Shown: piece after piece, positions 57,285-64,000 of the stretch
Layout of the letters: every line of letters begins with the position of its first letter
Position numbering within the stretch: position 1 is the stretch's first letter
Assembly: GCA_963765495.1 (NCBI GenBank)
Contig: CAVXWP010000015.1
Coordinates: forward strand, 64,001-128,000
Length of the DNA: 64,000 bases
Reading direction: 5' to 3'
DNA from: Blastocatellia bacterium
Lineage (GTDB): Bacteria > Acidobacteriota > Blastocatellia > UBA7656
The notes under the pieces: generated by a model
The model's database searches: none
Told to the model about the DNA's origin: nothing
The model's input: only the letters and a program-made list of their open reading frames with translations
Made by a program: the position numbers and the translations under genes

Positions 57285-60179
57285 TCAGTGCGGATGAAAG
57301 ATCACCTTCACCGTAGTCCCTTTTCCGTCTTCAGACATCCACGAAATGTCTGCTCCGATCTCTTCGGCCCTGCGCTTCATGCTCAAAAGCCCCATCCCTC
57401 TTCGGCCTTCAGAGAGAGTCTTCATCAGCCCTGTTCCATCATCGGCTATCCACATCTGCCAGTTTCGCCCGGTGGGTTTCAGCCCGAACACGACGCGGCT
57501 TGCTGCCGAGTGGCGGGCGGCGTTGTGAAGCGCTTCGAGGGCTATGAGCTGAAGGTTGCGCCGTTTTGCAAGCGAAAGGTTTACCTTCGGCCAGATGTCT
57601 GGAACATCCATAGAAAAGATCGCCTGCTTTCCCGGGAATAACCGCTCCGCGTGCTCGATCAGATGATAGGCCAGCGATTCCAGATCATTCGAGCCGGGCT
57701 GTAAAGCCCAGACTATGTCGGTCAGCGAGGTGCCGAGTTCACGGCTTGTCTCGGCTATTTTCCTGGCCAGACTTATGCGCTCGGCCTCGGTCAATCCCTC
57801 ATCCGTCACGACCTTTGACAGAATGCCTATGCTGCCAAGCCCCGATCCGAGTTCATCGTGCAGGTCAATTGCGATGCGCGCCCTTTGTCTTTCCAGGCGA
57901 AGCAGAAACGTCAGACGAGCGCGATAAGCTGCGTAAAGCGCCGCGCCCAGAGCAAGAGAAAAGAGAGCCAGAACCCACCACTTCAGATACCAGGGGCCAA
58001 GAACCTCGAAGGCAAGCCTGGCCGATGTCGCGGACCAGTGAATCCCGTCGAGCGAGGCCCTTACCTCGGCCGCATACTTGCCCGGGCTGAGATCGACGAA
58101 TCTGAATAGCGGTTCGCGCGAGAAAGAATCTGTCCACGCGGCGTCGGGGTGAAGTCGATACTGGTAGCGGAGCAGGCTGCGGTCCCGGTAAGAAAGCGCC
58201 GCGAAATGAATCTCCAACTGATTGTGACCGGAAGGTATTTGAGGCGTCTGATTCAATTCCACTCTTCGCCCGTTCAGAATCAGATCAACAAGTTTCACAG
58301 ACGGGGACTGAGCGCCTGCTCGCCGCGCTTCTGCGGGCATATATACAACTCCGCTGGTCGTCGTGATCCACAAATCGCCGTTTGATTCTTCGATCAGGTC
58401 CTCGGCTCCTCCGACCGGAAACCCCTGCCAGCTTCCCAGCCGCTCGACAATCTCCCATCCACTATCAAGGTCAGGTCGCTCCTTCACTCGTATGCAGACT
58501 CCGTCGCCCAGAACCCATACGCCCCCTGCGGGCGAGAGAACCAATCCCCATATTCTGCCCGAAGGAAGGTCGTGCGAAGCCGGAATCACTTCCCACCCTT
58601 TCCCGCCGTAACGCCATACGCCTGCATTATGGGTAGAGGCCCACAAACTGCCCGATTGTAACTCGACGATGTCGGTCACACGGTTGACTCCTTCCAGCGT
58701 CTGGCAGGACCACGATGCCTCAGGGCCGGAATCAATCGCAGCCACCGATGCAGAGCAGACGCGGTTATCTGCGCATACCCAGAGACGCGCATGACTATCC
58801 CGGAAAACGGTTTCGATGATCGATTCGAACTTGTCCGCCCCAATGCTTACATGTCTGGAGTCGTCAGCCCCCGCGCGAAGAAGTCCGTGATCGGTTGCAA
58901 GCCACATGGTCTTATCGGCTTCGGGGCAGCAACTGTAGAGAAATTTATATTGAGGGAGCGATTGTTTTATGAATTGCCCGTTTAGGTAACGCAGCGAATC
59001 GCCCGCAAAAACATGAATCCAGAGCGCGCCATCGCCGTCTACGCATAGCGGCGATTTATGGTCGAGGTGCTGGTTGTGGACTCTCCATCTTCCCTGCGCC
59101 TTATCGAGTCGCCCGAGACCCTGCCAGGTGGAAACCCAGATGCCGCTTTCGGCCCGGGCCAGAAAGCGCGCGTGTGCGCTCGGCAGTCCGTCGCGGTCGT
59201 TAAAGGCAAGCGTTGCCGGTTCCGGGTATTGCACAAGGCCACGAAAGGTTCCGAGCCACAGGCTGCCTTCGCGGTCTACAATCAAGGGGCCGCCACTTGC
59301 AATACCATCATCAGGCCCAAGTATTTCAGGTTGCTCTTTCGGTCTGAGCGCGGCAAGGTACCGGTCGAATGATGCCCAGACGACCCGACCTCGGAGCGCG
59401 AGGTCTATGGGTCGGGCATTCTTTACACGGAGTCGCAGGGTAGCGCGGCCTTCGCGCAATTCCAGCACCTCTCCATCGCCGTTCGGATTCCAGGCGAGAA
59501 CATAAAACGCGCCGTCGGGATGAAGAAGAATATCCATCACCAGGGTATAATCGAATATCTTTCTTATATTCCGATCTGAATCAAGCTGCCAGATTGCGTT
59601 TCTCGTGAGCAGAAAGATGCTGTCATCAGGCCCGGGTCGCAACTGCCTGATCTGCTCATTGCCCAGAACCCCAATTGAGGCAAAAGCCCATTTGTGGTCG
59701 GCATCTCTGATCATCAAATATCCTTTGCCTGTTACCCACAGCCGCGTGCGGTCGCTGTTAAAGACAGCGTCTGTGACGTTGTCGAGCGGTCTCGCTTCCG
59801 GGCCGATCACGGGGCTCACGCCATCGGCTACGACCTGATAGAGCGCGAGTTGATCATCACGGGCCAGTATCTCTCCATCCCTGCCTGACAGCAAAAGATT
59901 TATGGTGCCTGTAAGGGTCTCTTTCGCCCAGGGGCGCATCTGGATTCCATCGAAGCGGACAAGCCCGCCGCTTGTGCCTATCCATAGAAAGCCCGAATCG
60001 TCCTGAGCCAGAGCATGGACTGTTGAGACGGTGAGGCCGCTGGTTTCGTCATAGTGCCTTTTGACACGTTCCTTCGCCATCGCCGAGTGCGGCCAGAAAA
60101 TAAGTAGGAAGAGACCGGCCAAACCGAGCGTTAATCGGTATATCGAGCGGGGGCGAGTCTTTTTGTGTGTGGTCAGCAT
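57285..60179 (-). CDS. Sensor histidine kinase with Reg_prop beta-propeller and Y_Y_Y domains, HisKA_3 type
   Basis: QDDSGFLWIGT-type repeats, YQYRL...PGKY..EVRA, TM, RIAIDLHDELGS, EALHNAARHS, DDGTG, GMGL; start uncertain (60179 or 60338). Confidence 0.92.
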   Translation of the reverse strand: MLTTHKKTRPRSIYRLTLGLAGLFLLIFWPHSAMAKERVKRHYDETSGLTVSTVHALAQDDSGFLWIGTSGGLVRFDGIQMRPWAKETLTGTINLLLSGRDGEILARDDQLALYQVVADGVSPVIGPEARPLDNVTDAVFNSDRTRLWVTGKGYLMIRDADHKWAFASIGVLGNEQIRQLRPGPDDSIFLLTRNAIWQLDSDRNIRKIFDYTLVMDILLHPDGAFYVLAWNPNGDGEVLELREGRATLRLRVKNARPIDLALRGRVVWASFDRYLAALRPKEQPEILGPDDGIASGGPLIVDREGSLWLGTFRGLVQYPEPATLAFNDRDGLPSAHARFLARAESGIWVSTWQGLGRLDKAQGRWRVHNQHLDHKSPLCVDGDGALWIHVFAGDSLRYLNGQFIKQSLPQYKFLYSCCPEADKTMWLATDHGLLRAGADDSRHVSIGADKFESIIETVFRDSHARLWVCADNRVCSASVAAIDSGPEASWSCQTLEGVNRVTDIVELQSGSLWASTHNAGVWRYGGKGWEVIPASHDLPSGRIWGLVLSPAGGVWVLGDGVCIRVKERPDLDSGWEIVERLGSWQGFPVGGAEDLIEESNGDLWITTTSGVVYMPAEARRAGAQSPSVKLVDLILNGRRVELNQTPQIPSGHNQLEIHFAALSYRDRSLLRYQYRLHPDAAWTDSFSREPLFRFVDLSPGKYAAEVRASLDGIHWSATSARLAFEVLGPWYLKWWVLALFSLALGAALYAAYRARLTFLLRLERQRARIAIDLHDELGSGLGSIGILSKVVTDEGLTEAERISLARKIAETSRELGTSLTDIVWALQPGSNDLESLAYHLIEHAERLFPGKQAIFSMDVPDIWPKVNLSLAKRRNLQLIALEALHNAARHSAASRVVFGLKPTGRNWQMWIADDGTGLMKTLSEGRRGMGLLSMKRRAEEIGADISWMSEDGKGTTVKVIFHPH

Positions 60180-60478
60180 GGCAGCTACAACTCTTGCCTG
60201 GCTTTTTTCGATTCTATGACGGGTAAGGCCAGGGCGCAAGAATACTTCGTTCCACCCCAAGAAACTGCGTGCCGGTTTACTGCTGCCTTTGCCTGCTGAT
60301 TCAACTCCGTCTTCGCTTGAGATTTTGCATTCCTTCACGGCGCTGCTTCGTAATTGATATCTGGGGTCATCTGAGTAGTCGTGCCGTTTGGAAACTTTAG
60401 TTGACCATCTCGAACCGGCGATGAATCCTTTGATTGCCGACCTCCAGAGGTTGTGATGAAGTCGCTCGAAATATACTT

Positions 60479-60504
60479 GGAACCAATGAATTCAACCCTC
60501 CGTA
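60479..60504 (+). promoter_or_regulatory. ECF-sigma-type promoter upstream of the exporter operon
   Basis: GGAACC-16 nt-CGTA. Confidence 0.55.
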
Positions 60505-60558
60505 TGACCGAGTGGACTAAAACCCGGACAAAATTTTATAAAAACTGGCGGAGATATA

Positions 60559-61758
60559 ATGGCTAAGAAAAAGTCTCGAAAATATATCTTTATCTCGCTC
60601 TCGATTATAGTCGTTGGCGCTGTGGTCGTTTTTGTGGCCTCGTCTTTGTCGCGCACCAAGGCCGAGATTGACCCGTCGCGCCTTGTGACGATTGAGCGCG
60701 GCGACCTGGCTCGATCAGTTGTCGCTACGGGGCGCGTAGAGCCAATATCGAAGGTCGAGATCAAATCGAAGGCCAACGGCATCATAAAGGAACTCAAGGT
60801 CAACGCGGGCGATATGGTAGTTCCGGGGCAGGTGCTGGCCGAGCTTGATAAAGAGAATCTTGCCGCGAGATTGCGCGAGGCGCGGGCCGCCTTGATGAGC
60901 GCCGAGTCAAATACAAGAGCGGCTCAGGCCGAGTATGAAAAGAACAAGGTCGAGGCCGAAGCCCCCGACGTGGCCTTTGCCCGACGCAATGTGGAACGCG
61001 TTCAAAGGCTTTTCGATAAGGGCCTGATCTCGCAGCAGGAGATTGAAGATGCGCGCCGCGCAATGGAACAGGCCGAAAATCGCCAGCATGTCTCTCGCTC
61101 TCAATTGAGCGTAAGCCACGCGCGAGTTTCGCAGGCCGAAGCGGAAGTCGCTCAGGCTCAGGCCGCCGTAGATCGCGCCGATGAGGAGTTGAATAACGCT
61201 ACGATCCGCTCGCCAATCACCGGCATGGTTTTGTCTCGCGATGTGGAACTGGGCAGCCCCGTCTCTTCAATCCTCAATATGGGATCAGCCGCGACGCTTG
61301 TGATGGTGCTCGGAGACATCAGCCAGGTCTATGTTCGCGGGCAGGTTGACGAGACCGACATCGGCGCGGTGAAGCTGGGTCAACCGGCGCGAATCAAAGT
61401 CGAGACATTTAAGGATAAGGCGTTCGAAGGTCACGTCACGGAAATCTCTCCGCTTGGAGTCGAAAAAGATAACGTAGTGAGTTTCGAGGTAAAGGTTTCG
61501 ATCAACAATCCGGGCGGTGAGTTACGCGCAAACATGTCGGCAAACGCAGAGATCGTTCTGGAAGAGCACAAAGGCACATTGATAATTCCCGAAAGCGCCG
61601 TTATCTATGACGCTGAACGCAACGCATTCGTCGAGGTGCCCGGCCCCGCTTCGCCTACCGGACGCGAAAAGAAACCGATCAAAGTCGGCATCAGCAACGG
61701 AACCCGCACCGAAGTGACCGAAGGCGTGATAGAAGGTCAGCAAGTAATACTCCAATAG
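60559..61758 (+). CDS. MacA/YknX-like periplasmic adaptor
   Basis: TM anchor, VATGRVEP, long alpha-hairpin, IRSPITG, VDETDIG, LRANMSA. Confidence 0.92.
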   Translation: MAKKKSRKYIFISLSIIVVGAVVVFVASSLSRTKAEIDPSRLVTIERGDLARSVVATGRVEPISKVEIKSKANGIIKELKVNAGDMVVPGQVLAELDKENLAARLREARAALMSAESNTRAAQAEYEKNKVEAEAPDVAFARRNVERVQRLFDKGLISQQEIEDARRAMEQAENRQHVSRSQLSVSHARVSQAEAEVAQAQAAVDRADEELNNATIRSPITGMVLSRDVELGSPVSSILNMGSAATLVMVLGDISQVYVRGQVDETDIGAVKLGQPARIKVETFKDKAFEGHVTEISPLGVEKDNVVSFEVKVSINNPGGELRANMSANAEIVLEEHKGTLIIPESAVIYDAERNAFVEVPGPASPTGREKKPIKVGISNGTRTEVTEGVIEGQQVILQ

Positions 61759-61863
61759 TGATGCGTGATCCGTGACTCTAAGAGGCTAGCAAGTCTATTT
61801 AGGCCTGCGGTCCTTCTGAAAGTCACCAATCACGCATCACGCATTACTCATTACGCATCACGA
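61758..61863. repeat. Inverted heptamer array, TCACGCA family, copy 4
   Basis: GTGATGC GTGATCC GTGACT ... AGTCACCAA TCACGCA TCACGCA TTACTCA TTACGCA TCACGA; ends 4 nt before ATG 61868. Confidence 0.85.
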
Positions 61864-61867
61864 GATT

Positions 61868-63166
61868 ATGAGAGAACTCTTTTCACAAACCTGGTCCAAT
61901 CTGAGGGCTAACAAGCTCCGCAGCCTGCTGACGATGTTCGGCATCATGTGGGGAGTGATCTCAATCGTGATTCTGTCGGCGGTAGGCGAAGGCTTTCAGC
62001 GGGGCAATCAGGTTGTTCTGCGCGAGCTTGGCAAAAACATCATAATCATCAGGGACGGTCGAACGAGCATGCAGGCCGGCGGCGCACGCGCGGGCCGCAT
62101 CATTCGTCTCGATATAAACGATGTATATCTGCTCAAGAAAGAATCGAAGCTGCTGGAGAATATCTCGCCCGAGTTGATGGGCGGTGCGAGCGTCAAGAGC
62201 GCCTTCAATTCCAGTTCGGTAGGCATCAGCGGCGTTTGGCCCGTCTATCAGGATATTCGGACGATTGAGCTTGAGAAGGGCCGCCTGATGAATGAACTCG
62301 ACAACGAGCAGGCCCGGCGCGTCGTCATCATCGGCTATGACGCCTGCAAGCAGTTGTTCGCCGACCGCGACCCGCTTGGCGCTCAGGTAACGCTCAACGG
62401 TATTCCCTATGCGGTGATCGGGAAGATGCGAAAGAAGGAGCAGGATTCGAGCTACACGGGCGAGGACAACAGCCGGTTGTTTATTCCTTATGAGACGATG
62501 AGAAAGGATTTCCCGCTCTCCGGGAATATGCGAACCGCCGATTCGCTTTCGGCCATCATCGCTACGCCTTATCTGTATGTGACCGAAGGGCTGCGCAAGA
62601 AGATGGAGCAGGAAGGCAAGGGCATATTCGATAACAACGGCCCCGTTGAAACCGAGGTGCGGCAGATACTGACCCAGAGACACGATTTCGATGCGCACGA
62701 CGCGGAAGCGGTTTCGATGTGGAACACCACGGTAATGTCGGTGATGTTCGACAAGATGATAGGCGGTATGAGCGAATTTTTTATAGCCGTCAGCATCATC
62801 ACTCTGGCGCTCGGAGGCATAGGTGTTATGAACATCATGTTTATCGCCGTCAAAGAACGCACGCGCGAGATCGGGGTGCGAAAGGCTCTGGGCGCGACCT
62901 CCTTCAACATTCAGTTGCAGTTCTTAAGCGAAGGGCTTTTCCTGACTTTGTTGAGCGGCGCAATCGGTTTTGTAATCGGGGCGGGGCTCTGCAAACTTGT
63001 AAACCTCCTGCCGCTGCCCGCGAGGTTTTCGGGGATGATAATCACCTGGCAGATCGTAGCGTTTTCCATAGTCGCGCTCACGATGATAGGCGTGGCCGCA
63101 TCTACGATTCCTGCGCGCCGCGCCTCGCGCCTCGCGCCGGTCGAGGCGCTCAGATATGAGATGTAA
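61868..63166 (+). CDS. MacB/FtsX-family ABC permease
   Basis: LRSLLTMFGIMWG, GGIGVMNIM, ERTREIGVRKALGA, PARRAS..PVEALRYE. Confidence 0.94.
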   Translation: MRELFSQTWSNLRANKLRSLLTMFGIMWGVISIVILSAVGEGFQRGNQVVLRELGKNIIIIRDGRTSMQAGGARAGRIIRLDINDVYLLKKESKLLENISPELMGGASVKSAFNSSSVGISGVWPVYQDIRTIELEKGRLMNELDNEQARRVVIIGYDACKQLFADRDPLGAQVTLNGIPYAVIGKMRKKEQDSSYTGEDNSRLFIPYETMRKDFPLSGNMRTADSLSAIIATPYLYVTEGLRKKMEQEGKGIFDNNGPVETEVRQILTQRHDFDAHDAEAVSMWNTTVMSVMFDKMIGGMSEFFIAVSIITLALGGIGVMNIMFIAVKERTREIGVRKALGATSFNIQLQFLSEGLFLTLLSGAIGFVIGAGLCKLVNLLPLPARFSGMIITWQIVAFSIVALTMIGVAASTIPARRASRLAPVEALRYEM

Positions 63167-63178
63167 GGAGAGATTCGG

Positions 63179-64000
63179 GTGATACTGAAGGAAGTTCTTC
63201 TCCAGGCGGTTTACGCGCTCATAAGCCACCGCCTCCGCGCTTTGATGACGATGTTCGGCATCGCGTGGGGAATCGTGACCGTGGTCCTGTTGATGGCCTA
63301 CGGCAACGGTTTTCACGATGCTATAGAGGCGGGGTTTCGCGGCGCTTTCTCTGACGGCACGGTAGTGATGTACGGCGGCCAGACAAGCTCGCAGGCGGGC
63401 GGCGAACGGGCGGGGAAGCGGATTCGCCTTGAAATGGATGATGTCGAGGCGCTGAGAGAACTCGGCGTCATCAAATTTGCAAGCCCCGAATATATACAGG
63501 ATTACCCCATCAGTTTCGGCAACCGGCAGACCTCCACCGCCGTGCGCGGGGTGGCCCCCGAATACGCCGTGATGCGAAACGAGCCCTCCGAATTCGGGCG
63601 CTTTATAAACGGCGAAGATATCGAAAAGCGGCGGCGCGTAGTCTTTCTTGGCTATGAAGTGGCGCGCAAAATATTCGGCAACAGCTATGCCGTGGGGCAA
63701 ACGGTTCGCATAGCCGGGATGTCTTTTGAAGTGGTTGGCGTGATGCCAAACAAGGTGCAGATGTCCACCTATTACATGCCGGATAAAAGCAGCGTCTTTA
63801 TCCCCTATACGACGGTCGGGCAATTGTGGAACGATCAGTATCTTTACACGCTGGTCTTTCAGACCGTGAACCCGTCGGATCAGCCTCGCGCCATCCGGCA
63901 GGTCCGCGAAACGCTTGCCGCGCGCCACGGGTTTGATCCCAAGGATGAGCGCGCCGTGCGAATGAACGATTCGGTAGAGAACAACCAGATGATAAACGGA
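63179..64000 (+). CDS. Second MacB/FtsX-family ABC permease, truncated by the window edge
   Basis: AAGGAG SD, GTG start, [22 protein letters not shown]; absent from the ORF track because there is no stop in the window. Confidence 0.9.
   Translation, partial: MILKEVLLQAVYALISHRLRALMTMFGIAWGIVTVVLLMAYGNGFHDAIEAGFRGAFSDGTVVMYGGQTSSQAGGERAGKRIRLEMDDVEALRELGVIKFASPEYIQDYPISFGNRQTSTAVRGVAPEYAVMRNEPSEFGRFINGEDIEKRRRVVFLGYEVARKIFGNSYAVGQTVRIAGMSFEVVGVMPNKVQMSTYYMPDKSSVFIPYTTVGQLWNDQYLYTLVFQTVNPSDQPRAIRQVRETLAARHGFDPKDERAVRMNDSVENNQMING

Noticed and set aside
52341-60480. Integrative element or prophage boundaries for the island
   Set aside because: No integrase, transposase, tRNA target or flanking direct repeats seen
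13893-61863. CRISPR array in the short intergenic repeats
   Set aside because: Units are 7-9 nt, tandem and inverted, with no unique spacers between direct repeats; no cas genes

Overview
Bacterial chromosomal window, GC roughly mid-50s%. Gene content is most consistent with an Acidobacteriota (Blastocatellia-like) genome (inference). Left to right: (1) 1-13.9 kb exopolysaccharide/surface-glycan locus of the exosortase/PEP-CTERM-associated type (two AsnB-like amidotransferases, three GT4 enzymes, heparinase II/III-like protein, GT-C membrane transferase, AlgD-like dehydrogenase, ExeA-like ATPase); (2) pdp, a Tat-exported Ntn asparaginase and a DinB protein; (3) phoH-7TM/HD-ybeY-CBS/CorC-era-prmA-rsmE; (4) a 25.7-32.2 kb module with an HD-GYP/GAF/GGDEF gene divergent from a type IV pilin and a TPR/PilZ-like gene; (5) yraN, der, hrcA-grpE-dnaK-dnaJ, a PPC protein, lptD; (6) a Cu/Ag RND efflux operon headed by a Cys-rich small ORF; (7) an amidohydrolase; (8) a 52.4-60.3 kb island with a beta-propeller sensor kinase, a NarL-type regulator and a mosaic operon of mostly secreted proteins; (9) a MacAB-like exporter running off the right edge. 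No rRNA, tRNA, CRISPR array, transposase, integrase or reverse transcriptase was recognised. The main unexplained signals are: about a dozen intergenic elements built from inverted arrays of 7-9-nt units, several spanning almost exactly from a stop codon to the next start codon with no Shine-Dalgarno; two colinear fragments of one secreted-protein gene reused as coupled mini-ORFs; and an 18-bp palindrome at identical spacing from two candidate promoters in the island.
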